From assembly GCA_035292365.1 (NCBI GenBank), contig DATDQG010000028.1:1-48822 (forward strand): a stretch of 48,822 nucleotides of DNA, given 5' to 3'. The notes below the pieces were generated by a model. That model did no database searches, was not told the origin of the DNA, and was given only the letters and a program-made list of their open reading frames with translations. Positions 26,020 through 35,337 of the stretch are shown one piece after another (the first letter of the stretch is position 1; each line of letters starts with the position of its first letter). This DNA is from Dehalococcoidia bacterium. GTDB taxonomy: Bacteria; Chloroflexota; Dehalococcoidia; DATDQG01. The position numbers and the translations under genes were made by a program.

Positions 26020-28416
26020 CTATGGCGCGGGAGTGCGGTAGCCGACCTGTCGCTCGGTGAGGATATAACGCGGGTGCCGGGCATCGTCGCCCAGCTTGTG
26101 GCGCAGATTGCGGATGAAGGAGCGGAGGAGGCTGGCCTCGCCCACATACTCTGGCCCCCAAACGCGCTCGAGGATCTGGTCGTGCGTCAGCACACGGCCG
26201 GCGTGAGTGGCGAGCTCATAGAGGATCTTGTATTCGGTCGCGGTGAGCACGACCGGCCGGCCGCGGGTCGTGACCTGCCGGCGGGCAAAGTCTATGGTCA
26301 AGTCATGGAGGACGAAGGGCGCCCGAGCCTCAAGCGTGTCGGGCAGCACACGGCGGCGCAGCGAGGCCTCGATGCGGGCAAGCAGCTCGGAGCTGGAGAA
26401 CGGCTTCGTGATGTAGTCGTCGGCACCCATCGCCAGGGCACGGACGAGGTTCTCGCTGCTGTCGCTGGCGGTGAGGAAGATGACGGGCACGCCGGAGAAC
26501 TCCCTTATCCGCTGAAGCAGATCAAAGCCGCTTATGCCCGGCAGACGCAGATCTGTCAGCACGAGGTCCGGCTCTTCCTGTTCGATCAAGGCGATTACTT
26601 GTGCGGGATCGCCCGTCGTGATCGCGCTGTAGCCCGCTTCCGCGAGGATGTGTTCGACCGCCCGCAGGATGCGCGCCTCGTCGTCGACGACAAGCACTCG
26701 CGTCTTCTCTCCGAGGCGGCCGACGCGCCCGAGATGCTCGAAACGGTGCGCCGGGTTGGGTCGCGTTGCGGCGGCGACCTCGGGGGCGATGGGCAGCGTG
26801 AAGGTGAAGGTCGCACCTTGGTCCGGTCCCGGGCTATGCGCCCAGATGCGGCCCCCGTGCGCCTCGACGATCCCCTTGCAGATGGCGAGTCCTAGGCCGC
26901 TGCCTTCAAGCGAACGGCCACTTTGCGCATGGACCTGAGAGAACTTCCGAAACAAGTAGGGCAGCTTATCGCGGGGGATACCTCGCCCCTGGTCGTGGAC
27001 GCTGATGGAGACATTCATTGGATCTGCGGCGGCCTCGATGCTGATCGTCGCAGTTGGGGGCGAGAACTTGGCCGCGTTGTTCAGCAGGTTCATGAGCACC
27101 TGGGCAATCCTGCGGGACTGCGCGTTCACGAGTGGCAGCTCCTCAGGGACGCTGATACGCAGCTCGTGGGCGTCACCGCTGCGGAGGAAGGCCTGGCGCA
27201 CCTCCTCGACGATGGGGGCCAGGCCGACGGGCTCGGGCGTCACCGAGAGCGCTCCCGCTTCGATGCGCGCCATGTCGAGCAGGTTGTCCACCATATCGCG
27301 AAGGCGGTCAGCCTGCTCGTCGATGATTTCGAAGAGCTCGCGGCTCTCGGCGACGTCGAAGGGCCGGCGGCTCCCCAGCACAGTCGCCGCCGCCCCCTTG
27401 ATGGCGGCCAACGGCGTCTTCAGCTCATGACTGACGAGGCCCAGGAACTCGGCCCGCAGCCTCTCGACCTCCTGCAGCGGCGTGATGTCCTGGACGATGG
27501 AGATGGCCCCGGTGATCTCGCCGGTGCTCCCGTAGATCGGCGTGGCGCTGACCAGTGCAAGGACTCTATCGCCGTCCGGCTGCTCAAACTCGATCTCCTC
27601 CGCCAGGACGTGCTCCCCCTCGGCGAGCGCCCGTTGCAGCGGTAGGTCCTCGGGGAGGTATAAGGTGCCGTCGGGGCGTCGACGTATGACTTGGTGCGCG
27701 TATTCGTCGAGGAACGCTCCTGGCTGGAGGCCGAAGCCGATAATGCGCTGAGCCTCGCGATTCACCAGCGTGACCCGGCCGCTCGAGGCTTCCGCCACGA
27801 ACACACCGACCGGCGATGACTCAACGAAGGCGCGAAGGCGTGACCGTTCCTCCTCGGCGGCGTTGAGCAGAGTGAGCCGTTCTTCGGCTCGTTGTTGGAG
27901 CTCCCGTGTCAGGCGCGCGTTGTGCAGGGCCACGGCCGCCTGCGAAGCGAAGAGCACGAGTCGCTCCTCGTCGTCTTGGGTGAACGCCTCCACCCCCAGC
28001 TTTTCAGCGAGGTACAGGTTGCCGAAGGACTCGCTCCCGTAGGTGATCGGCGCCGCAAGCAGGCTTTGCATGCGTGGGTGGCCGGGCGGGAAGCCGGCGG
28101 CGGCCGGGGGGGTGGTGAGATCGGATGACCGGAGCGAGGACTGGAGTGGCCGCAGCAGTCCAGCCGACTCCTGGCCCAGAGGCGTCTGTCCTATCCGAGC
28201 TTGTTCCTCAGGAGTGAGACCATGGGTGAGGAACTGGTGAACCTGGCCCGTCGAATCGTAGACGACAAGCGCACCGTACTGGGCGCCAATCAGCTCGCAC
28301 GCGGCGTCGATGATGTCCTGCAGAAGGGCGGCGGGCTCGGGGTTCGAGGCCATTCGCACACTCAGCCGGCTCAGCAACCTGAGCTGGTCGAGACCGGTTT
28401 CTCTGGGGCTGTTCAT
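26020..28416 (-). CDS. Cytoplasmic GAF-PAS-HisKA-HATPase-REC-wHTH fusion: sensor kinase fused to a complete OmpR-type response regulator
   Basis: Domain order read from the sequence: GAF (..AQYGALVVYD..GNLYLAEK..), then PAS (..SPVGVFVAEASSGRVTLVNREAQRIIG..), then the H-box SHELKTPLAAI. Next come the N/G boxes (NLLNNAAKFSP, GSGLGLAICKGIVEAHGG) and REC (VLVVDDE..DLVLTDLRLPGISG..ADDYITKPF). The last domain is Trans_reg_C (LTATEYKILYEL..THDQILERVWG..LTERQVGYR). No TM segment is present. Confidence 0.9.
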   Translation of the reverse strand: MNSPRETGLDQLRLLSRLSVRMASNPEPAALLQDIIDAACELIGAQYGALVVYDSTGQVHQFLTHGLTPEEQARIGQTPLGQESAGLLRPLQSSLRSSDLTTPPAAAGFPPGHPRMQSLLAAPITYGSESFGNLYLAEKLGVEAFTQDDEERLVLFASQAAVALHNARLTRELQQRAEERLTLLNAAEEERSRLRAFVESSPVGVFVAEASSGRVTLVNREAQRIIGFGLQPGAFLDEYAHQVIRRRPDGTLYLPEDLPLQRALAEGEHVLAEEIEFEQPDGDRVLALVSATPIYGSTGEITGAISIVQDITPLQEVERLRAEFLGLVSHELKTPLAAIKGAAATVLGSRRPFDVAESRELFEIIDEQADRLRDMVDNLLDMARIEAGALSVTPEPVGLAPIVEEVRQAFLRSGDAHELRISVPEELPLVNAQSRRIAQVLMNLLNNAAKFSPPTATISIEAAADPMNVSISVHDQGRGIPRDKLPYLFRKFSQVHAQSGRSLEGSGLGLAICKGIVEAHGGRIWAHSPGPDQGATFTFTLPIAPEVAAATRPNPAHRFEHLGRVGRLGEKTRVLVVDDEARILRAVEHILAEAGYSAITTGDPAQVIALIEQEEPDLVLTDLRLPGISGFDLLQRIREFSGVPVIFLTASDSSENLVRALAMGADDYITKPFSSSELLARIEASLRRRVLPDTLEARAPFVLHDLTIDFARRQVTTRGRPVVLTATEYKILYELATHAGRVLTHDQILERVWGPEYVGEASLLRSFIRNLRHKLGDDARHPRYILTERQVGYRTPAP

Positions 28417-28511
28417 GTGTCTTTCCGCGGGGCGGGCAGGTCAGCCGGTTGAGGGATGTTCCTGGGACGGCATGCTCTCGGTAACGACGCCCAGGTGTGC
28501 CTCCGATCATC

Positions 28512-30962
28512 CTATTCCGCGCCTCCTAGCACCTCGGCGTAGAACCCTCGGAGGGAACCGGCCAGCTCCGCAAGGCGCTTCCGCACCAAGTAGTTCACCG
28601 TCCCCTCTGGAAAGGAGCCATCGGCAGCCGGCTCTCCGGCCGGCACGCCGGTGAGGACCTCGCTGCCTTCGTCTATGGTCTTGACCGCGTAGATATGGAA
28701 CTGTCCCTCCCGGACGGCCTCAACGACATCGTCGTGGAGCATCAGGTTTCTGAGATTCTGAGAAGGCACAATCACGCCCTGATTGCCGGTGAGCCCGTGA
28801 AGGCGGCAGAGGTCGAAGAATCCCTCCACCTTCTGATTGACACCGCCGATTGGCTGGATCTCGCCCTTCTGATTCACCGAACCGGTCACGGCAATATCCT
28901 GCCTGAGGGGCAGCTCAGCCAGGCTGGATAGGATGGCGTAAAGCTCCGTGGAGGAAGCGCTGTCCCCTTCCACCCCCTCATACGACTGCTCGAAGGAGAG
29001 GCTGGCGGTGAGGGCAAGGGGCTGATTCTGGGCGAACTTCCATCCTAGGTACCCGCTGAGGATAAGTACGCCTTTGTCGTGAATCCTGCCGCTCAACTGG
29101 GCCTCTCGCTCAATGTTGATCAGTCCGCGTCGGCCGGCGTAGGTCCTCGCCGTAATGCGCGCTGGCCGGCCAAAACTGAAGTCACCGAGGTCATAGACCA
29201 CAAGGCCGTTCACCTGGCCCACCACCTCCCCTACCACATCCACCATGAGCGTCCCTTCCGCAATCAACTGGCGTAGCTTCTCTTCGGTCAGGTTCAGGCG
29301 GTACAGCTTCTCCTCGAGAGCCTTCTTGACATGATCGCCCGTGACCAGTTGGCTGGCGTCTCGCCGAGCCCAATAGTCGGCTTCGATGAGCACGTCCTTG
29401 ATCTGGCCAAAGCGCGTGGACAGCCTGTGCTGGTCGGCCACCATGCGAGCGCCGTACTCGACGACGCGGGCCACGCCGGTGCGGTCGAAGGGGAGCAGCC
29501 CTTCGGCCTCGGCCGTAGTGCGAACGAACGCCGAGTAGTTGCTGACGTTCTCCTGGTTCAGCTCGATCTGCGAGTCGAACTCGGCCTTCACCTTGAACAT
29601 TTCCCAGAAGTCGTCCTGGTCATAGGTGGAGAGCAGCCGGTAGATCGTCTCATCCCCGGCTACGATCACCTTGGCGTTCCATGGGATGGGGTTCGGCCGG
29701 AGGCCCTGCGGGGGGACGAGGCCGTACTGGACTGCAGGGTCCTCGAGACGCACTTCGCGATCGCGGATGGCGCGTTTGAGCCCGTCCCAGACGCCTGGGT
29801 TAATCAGAGTGTCCTTGGCGTTGAGAACGAGGTAGCCGCCGTTGGCCTGGTGCATCGAGCCGGCCTTCAGCATGGTATGGTCGCTGAAATAGGCGCCCAT
29901 GTATGCGTGCCGCTCGATGCGGCCGAAGAGGTTGGCCCAGGTGGGGTTGGACTCGATGACGATGGGCGCCGCCTTGGTGGCCTCGTTGTCCACGATGATG
30001 TTGACCTCGAAGGGGAGGAAGGGGCTGCGCTGCGGCGCCTCCGCACCCGGAAGGCCGAGGGGCAGCGCGGCCTGCGCGGGAGCTCCCTCGCGGAGGAAGA
30101 GGGGGAGGTTGTTCAGGGTGTAGTCCTTGAGCGCGGCAAGATAGGCGGCCACTTCGGGGACATCGGTCCAGGCAGCCAATAGCTCGCCGTAGATGCGCGA
30201 GAGGGTCAGCTCACCGACTCGACGGTCCAGTGCATGCAGCTTCTCCCGCGTCTCGTGCTCGATGCCCCGCAGCTGCTCCATGGTCTCTTGCACGATCTCC
30301 AGCAGCCGGTCCCGCTTCTCATCGAGAGCTGCCCGCTCGCTGTCGCCGAGACGCATGAACTGCTCAGGGCTCATCGGGCGCCCGTCCGGGTCCAAGGGGA
30401 AAAGGTTCGCTTCCACAGGAGAGAGCTGCAGCCCGAAGTGCTCTGCCTTGAGCTCGCGCTCCAGTTCCTGCAACGTCCGCTGGTAGCTCTCTCTGCCTGT
30501 CTCCTCTAGCTGGTTTCGTTCGGCCGTGTACTCGTCGGCCCCAAAAGCCTTCGGTATCTGCTCCCGAAGCGTTTTGAGCAGACCATCCAGGGCCTGCTGC
30601 AGGCGCTTGCCCTTCCCGGCCGCGAGCTTGAGGACTTGTGGCCTATCTCCATCGGCGAAGTTATGCAGGTAGCACCAGTCGTACAGGATGGAGGGCATCT
30701 CCCGAGTTGCCCGGTCTTCGATGATTGACTGGAGATGGCTTTTGATAACCGAAGCGCGACCGGTGCCGGTCAGGCCCGTTACGAAGAGGTTATAGCCCGG
30801 CTTGTCCACCTCGAGGCCGAAGCGAATAGCTTTGAGCGCCCTTTCCTGGCCCACAAAGCCCTGGAGCGGCGCCAACTCCGCCGTGCTCTCGAAGCTGAGA
30901 TCATCGGTGCTGCATCGCCAGCAGAGCTCCTGCCAGGGGACAGCGTATTTCGACGCGGCCAT
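28512..30962 (-). CDS. LonC/Lon-like protease (AAA-like domain with degenerate Walker A, long helical insertion, S16 Ser-Lys protease domain)
   Basis: ATG at 30962 follows AAGGAG. The longer ORF-track start would overlap the upstream permease. The Walker-A-like GLTGTGRAS lacks the canonical Lys. The protease dyad context is EGDSASSTELY and IGGVNQKVEGFF. Confidence 0.85.
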   Translation of the reverse strand: MAASKYAVPWQELCWRCSTDDLSFESTAELAPLQGFVGQERALKAIRFGLEVDKPGYNLFVTGLTGTGRASVIKSHLQSIIEDRATREMPSILYDWCYLHNFADGDRPQVLKLAAGKGKRLQQALDGLLKTLREQIPKAFGADEYTAERNQLEETGRESYQRTLQELERELKAEHFGLQLSPVEANLFPLDPDGRPMSPEQFMRLGDSERAALDEKRDRLLEIVQETMEQLRGIEHETREKLHALDRRVGELTLSRIYGELLAAWTDVPEVAAYLAALKDYTLNNLPLFLREGAPAQAALPLGLPGAEAPQRSPFLPFEVNIIVDNEATKAAPIVIESNPTWANLFGRIERHAYMGAYFSDHTMLKAGSMHQANGGYLVLNAKDTLINPGVWDGLKRAIRDREVRLEDPAVQYGLVPPQGLRPNPIPWNAKVIVAGDETIYRLLSTYDQDDFWEMFKVKAEFDSQIELNQENVSNYSAFVRTTAEAEGLLPFDRTGVARVVEYGARMVADQHRLSTRFGQIKDVLIEADYWARRDASQLVTGDHVKKALEEKLYRLNLTEEKLRQLIAEGTLMVDVVGEVVGQVNGLVVYDLGDFSFGRPARITARTYAGRRGLINIEREAQLSGRIHDKGVLILSGYLGWKFAQNQPLALTASLSFEQSYEGVEGDSASSTELYAILSSLAELPLRQDIAVTGSVNQKGEIQPIGGVNQKVEGFFDLCRLHGLTGNQGVIVPSQNLRNLMLHDDVVEAVREGQFHIYAVKTIDEGSEVLTGVPAGEPAADGSFPEGTVNYLVRKRLAELAGSLRGFYAEVLGGAE

Positions 30963-31024
30963 AAGGCTCCTTTCGCTGTCGAGGGGGTTCGCAAAGGCCA
31001 TTCTATCATGGCTCGAGGCTGGGG

Positions 31025-32359
31025 TCAGACGTCGGAGTTGGCAGCCTGCCCCGCAAGCATCCTCGTTCTGCCAAGCACGTAGCCCGTCGCGACGAGCGCC
31101 AGGGCCACCAGGATGCTGATCGTGCCGGTATGCAGGAATAGCCAGCCGCACGTGAGGAGGGCGAAGCTGGGTATCGCAACATCAGCGATCTGCGTTCGCA
31201 GGCGCCCTTTGCCGTCGCGCCCGCGCAGGGAGAGCGACAGGAGGCTCAGGTTGACCAGCATGAAGCCCGTCAGCATGGCGGCGTTGGTGAACTCGGCCGC
31301 GCGCGCTAAGTCGCCAATCAGCACCAGGCCAGCGGCGATCGCCAGCACGAGGGCCGCGGCCTTCGTCGGTACTCTGGTCCCGCCTACAGCTCTGAACGCC
31401 GAGGGAAGGACGCCGGACGAGGCCATGCCGTACACGGAGCGCCCGGCGGAGACGAGCAGGAGCAGGACCGTATTGGCCGTGGCGACGAGGGCCATCAGGC
31501 TGAGGGCGGTGTCGGCCTGCGCACCGAGCACACGTCGGGCGACAAGGGCAAGCGGCGCCTGCGAGGTGCTGAGCGCCTGCCAGCCGACGGCGCCCGTGGC
31601 CGAGAACGCGACGCCCATGTAGATGGCCGTGGTCGCGGCCATGGTGATGATGAGGGCCCAGGGCAGGTCCCGCTCTGGGCGCCGCATCTCTTCGGCAAGG
31701 TTGCCGAGCTCATCGAAGCCGAGGTAAGCGAAGAAGATGAGCGCGCCGGCGCTCCAGACGCCCGCGAGCCCTCGCGGCGACTCCGTGTAGTCCGCACTGG
31801 GCCAGAACTGCACGCCGGAGACCACGATGAACAAGAGCCCGGCGGTCTCAATGAGCGTGAAAACGATAACCAAGGTCACCGACTCGCCGATGCCGGCGAA
31901 GATGACGAGGCCCAGGATGACGATCAAGACGAAGGCGTTCATGGCGATCGGCGTGCCAATGAGATGCGCGAGGTAACCGCCGAAGCCCAGGGCGACGGCG
32001 GCGGTGGCCAGGAGGTCGGCGGCCAGCATGAGCCAGCCGGCCAGGAAGCCGACGCGCGCGCCAAAGGCGAGCGATGTGTACTGGAACTCCGGGGAGTCCT
32101 TCGGGCGCCTGGTCCCCAGGCGGGCGTAGGAATATGCCGTCGCGCTCGCGGCGAGGCCGGCGAACAGAAAGGCGAGCCATAGGGCGTTCCCGGCGGCAGC
32201 GGACGCCGGCCCCACGAGCGCGTAGACGCCGGCTCCCAGGACCACGCCTATGCCGGCGAGTGAGACCTGCCACAGGCCGAGGCTTCTCTCGAGGGCCGGC
32301 CCTGAACGCTCGCTCAACCGACGTCTTTGTGACACGGAGGCTAACGCGCTCCCTTCCAC
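31025..32359 (-). CDS. APC-superfamily amino-acid permease
   Basis: About 12 hydrophobic helices. The N-terminal pattern L.LWQVSLAGIGVVLGAGVYALVG is typical of APC transporters. Confidence 0.8.
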   Translation of the reverse strand: MEGSALASVSQRRRLSERSGPALERSLGLWQVSLAGIGVVLGAGVYALVGPASAAAGNALWLAFLFAGLAASATAYSYARLGTRRPKDSPEFQYTSLAFGARVGFLAGWLMLAADLLATAAVALGFGGYLAHLIGTPIAMNAFVLIVILGLVIFAGIGESVTLVIVFTLIETAGLLFIVVSGVQFWPSADYTESPRGLAGVWSAGALIFFAYLGFDELGNLAEEMRRPERDLPWALIITMAATTAIYMGVAFSATGAVGWQALSTSQAPLALVARRVLGAQADTALSLMALVATANTVLLLLVSAGRSVYGMASSGVLPSAFRAVGGTRVPTKAAALVLAIAAGLVLIGDLARAAEFTNAAMLTGFMLVNLSLLSLSLRGRDGKGRLRTQIADVAIPSFALLTCGWLFLHTGTISILVALALVATGYVLGRTRMLAGQAANSDV

Positions 32360-32427
32360 CTGGACTCACCCGTCCTGAGGGCGTCTGCGGTCAAGATGCT
32401 GTCAGTTGGCGTGCGTTCAGTGATGGC

Positions 32428-33411
32428 TTACCCAACGACAGCGAGAGCGATGGCGAAGTAGATGATAATCGAGAGCAGGTCCTGAATCACCGTCGCGAGC
32501 GGCCCGCTACCGAACGCCGGGTCGCGTCCAAGACGGTACAGGACCCACGGCAGAGCCATCGCGACGACCGTCGCCGTGGAGCAAGCGAAGAGCAGCGCGA
32601 GCGACACTGTCAGCGCAACGTCGGCCTGCCGCCAGCGCCACAGGCCGATGGGGAAGAACAGCAGCGCCAGCGCCCCTCCCACCAGGAGCCCCGTGAGCAG
32701 CTCCCGCCAGACTACCCGGGACATGGGGACGCCAACCGACAAGCCGCGGACGATCAGCGTTTCGGTCTGGGTCCCGACGGCATCAGCCATGTAGACGATG
32801 CCCGGTATGAAGAAGGCGAGGATGACGTTCTCCTGCAACTGTGACTGGAACGAGCCAACGATATCGGCGGCGACGAACGCACCGGCGAGCCCCATGATGA
32901 GCCACGGGATACGATGCCAAAGACGGCGGAGCACGGCCTCCTCGCTCGCTCTCCTCGCAGTCGAGGCGCTTTTGAGGAAGCCGCCGAGCCGCGCCATGTC
33001 TTCCTGGTGCTCGTGTACCAGGACTCCTATGAGCTCATCCGGCGGCATCAGACCCAGGAAGCGGCCCTGCTCGTCGACCACGGCAACGGCGCTCTTGTTT
33101 TGCTCGAAGGCTCTCCATGCTGCTATCTCCCGATCGGTGCTTGCGGCAACGACAGGCGGACTCGTGTCCATCAGTCCATCGGCCGTACGTTCGTCTGGGG
33201 AGGCGAACAACTCCTCTACCCGGATGAGCCCCAAGAGCTTCTCGTTGTCGCAGACCGCTACCATTCCGGCGTAGTCGAAGCGGCCGCCCGACACGACGCG
33301 ACGTATCTCTTCGGCGCGCGATCCAGGGGCGACGATCGGAACGCGCCGCGTAAGGTGCTCCGCTGCGGCGCCTGTCGCCTTTCGCTCCAGCAAGTCGGCA
33401 GCCGTCTCCAT
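32428..33411 (-). CDS. mgtE: MgtE-family magnesium transporter (CBS pair plus MgtE membrane domain, short N-terminus)
   Basis: The sequence from ATG 33411 has CBS-like repeats followed by the MgtE TM domain (..RIPWLIMGLAGAFVAA..ILAFFIPGIVYMADAVGTQTETL..IQDLLSIIIYF..). At 327 aa it is too short for the full MgtE_N domain. Confidence 0.8.
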   Translation of the reverse strand: METAADLLERKATGAAAEHLTRRVPIVAPGSRAEEIRRVVSGGRFDYAGMVAVCDNEKLLGLIRVEELFASPDERTADGLMDTSPPVVAASTDREIAAWRAFEQNKSAVAVVDEQGRFLGLMPPDELIGVLVHEHQEDMARLGGFLKSASTARRASEEAVLRRLWHRIPWLIMGLAGAFVAADIVGSFQSQLQENVILAFFIPGIVYMADAVGTQTETLIVRGLSVGVPMSRVVWRELLTGLLVGGALALLFFPIGLWRWRQADVALTVSLALLFACSTATVVAMALPWVLYRLGRDPAFGSGPLATVIQDLLSIIIYFAIALAVVG

Positions 33412-33595
33412 TGGTCGCCTCCCCCATAGCCAGGTCTGTGCGCGAAACACAATAGCACAGGGGCGTCGTGTCGGTTCGCCGGGGTCTCTGAGCCAGTGCC
33501 GTTCTGGCTGTGGTCACCTTGGTCTTGGCTCCAGGGCCACCAGTGATATACTCGCCTCAATCACGTAATACACTCGCACTAGAGGAGGCAGCGCC

Positions 33596-34687
33596 ATGAG
33601 CCCGACCACCGCCGTCCAACTGCTGATCGGCACCAAAAAAGGAGCTTTCGTAGCCGAGAGCGACGCCAGCCGCCGTCGCTGGCGCATCCGCGACCCGCAC
33701 CTTGGCGGCCACCAGGTGATGCATATGGCCTTCGATCCGCGTTCGGGCATCCTCTTTGCGGCTAGCGGCGACCCGTGGTTCGGCTCGCGCGTCTACCGAA
33801 GCTGGGACTTCGGTCACACCTGGGACGAACCGGCGCACGGGCCGGCCTTTCCGGCCGATGTGGGTCGGACCCTTGAGAAGGTGTGGCACGTCCAGCCCGG
33901 AAGACCCCAGGAGCCGGGCGTGGTCTACGCCGGCGTGGAGCCTGCCGCCCTCTTCAAGAGCACGGACGACGGGGCGAGCTGGCAGTTCGTCGAGGCGCTG
34001 GAACGCCACCCTTCGCGTGATCGGTGGGCGCCCAGCGCGGGCGGCCTGTGCCTCCACTCCATCATCCTGGACAGCCAAGACCTCGACCGCCTCTACGTGG
34101 CCATCTCAGCCGCGGGCGTCTTCCGATCAGACGATGGCGGCAGAACGTGGCTAGCGGCAAACACGGGCCTCCGGACCAACTTCGAAAGTCCGGAGCCGTC
34201 GTACGCGGAGTTCGGCCAGTGCGTGCACAAGGTGGTGCAGCATCCAGAACACCCCGACCGGCTGTACCAGCAGAGCCACCTGGGCGTGTATCGCAGCGAC
34301 GACCATGCTGAGCATTGGACGGAGGTGACCGCGGGCCTCCCCTCCGATTGGGGTCACCCGATGGCTGTCCATCCACACGAACCAGACACGATCTATGTCT
34401 ATCCCTGCATCAGCCAGATGGAGCATTGGCCCGTGGATGGCCAGATGGCGGTCTATAGGAGCCGCGATGGCGGCGCAACCTGGGAGAGACTGACCCAGGG
34501 CCTGCCGCAGCGCAACGCCTATCTCAATGCTATGCGCGAAGGGATGGCCACCGATCAGCTCGACCCGGCCGGCCTGTATCTCGGGACGAACACGGGCCAG
34601 CTGTACTACAGCGCCGACGCGGGCGATAGCTGGCGGGCCTTGCCCGCGCTCTTCCCGCCTATCCTCAGCGTCGGCGTGATCAGCTAA
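33596..34687 (+). CDS. BNR/Asp-box repeat beta-propeller protein (sialidase/Ycf48-like fold)
   Basis: Four S-x-D-x-G-x-[TS]-W Asp-boxes are present: STDDGASW, SDDGGRTW, SRDGGATW, SADAGDSW. Confidence 0.75.
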   Translation: MSPTTAVQLLIGTKKGAFVAESDASRRRWRIRDPHLGGHQVMHMAFDPRSGILFAASGDPWFGSRVYRSWDFGHTWDEPAHGPAFPADVGRTLEKVWHVQPGRPQEPGVVYAGVEPAALFKSTDDGASWQFVEALERHPSRDRWAPSAGGLCLHSIILDSQDLDRLYVAISAAGVFRSDDGGRTWLAANTGLRTNFESPEPSYAEFGQCVHKVVQHPEHPDRLYQQSHLGVYRSDDHAEHWTEVTAGLPSDWGHPMAVHPHEPDTIYVYPCISQMEHWPVDGQMAVYRSRDGGATWERLTQGLPQRNAYLNAMREGMATDQLDPAGLYLGTNTGQLYYSADAGDSWRALPALFPPILSVGVIS

Positions 34688-34902
34688 GCCGCTCGACGGG
34701 CCGTACTGGCAGGTGACCGTCGCCGCCCTAAAGGGCGGGCCTTGCCGTGAGGAGGCTCGTCCCGGAGGGTGCTCTCCTCGCTCGGCGGGCGCCTTCGATC
34801 CAGCGGCGCTGGAGCGCCGCCCAAGTGCTTAGGGTCGTCTTATGCGAGCTCTTGGGCGCACCAGAAGCGCTCGCCAAGAGACCGCGCGGTTGTCTCTGGT
34901 CC

Positions 34903-35286
34903 TCACATGCTCATCGCCGCCAGGCGCTCCGCGTACGTGCTGACAACCGGGGCGCGGTAGTCGCGGCCTGTGAAGGCGAAGACGATGAGGACGATCCAGG
35001 CGACGAGCGTCACGGGCCCGATGATGGCGAGGATCAGCGCTATCACGGCGGCGAGAAGGGGCCCGAGGAAGGGAATGACATAGAGGATGCTCACGACGAA
35101 GCCGGCGAGCACGAAGAACAAATGCAGCACGCCGAAGACCAGGATCGACTGCGCGGCGTGATAGCGCACGGAGCGGTCCTCCTTTTCGACCAGCAGCACG
35201 ACCAGACCGCTGACCCAGCCCAACACGTAGGCCAGCGCGGCGGCGACGTTGGGCGGCACTCCCAGAGCTGTCTTCCCGTCTTGCAT
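34903..35286 (-). CDS. DUF4870-like small membrane protein
   Basis: ATG follows AAGGAGGA. The pattern NVAAALAYVLGWVSGLVVLLVEKEDRSVRYHAAQS matches the DUF4870 signature as I recall it. Confidence 0.65.
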   Translation of the reverse strand: MQDGKTALGVPPNVAAALAYVLGWVSGLVVLLVEKEDRSVRYHAAQSILVFGVLHLFFVLAGFVVSILYVIPFLGPLLAAVIALILAIIGPVTLVAWIVLIVFAFTGRDYRAPVVSTYAERLAAMSM

Positions 35287-35337
35287 AGTTTCCTCCTTGC
35301 TGCCCGAAAGTTCTGGAGATTCCGTGGAACTGTGCGG

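Noticed and set aside
28512-31151. Lon-like gene as BrxL of a BREX system; also the 879-aa ORF-track start
   Set aside because: No PglX/PglZ/BrxA-C-like genes are nearby, and the neighbours are signalling genes. The long start lacks an RBS and overlaps the permease gene, whereas ATG 30962 has AAGGAG.
33412-33595. M-box (Mg2+) riboswitch upstream of mgtE
   Set aside because: I read the minus strand and found none of the conserved M-box blocks. Only a short hairpin (CUGUGC...GCACAG) is present.
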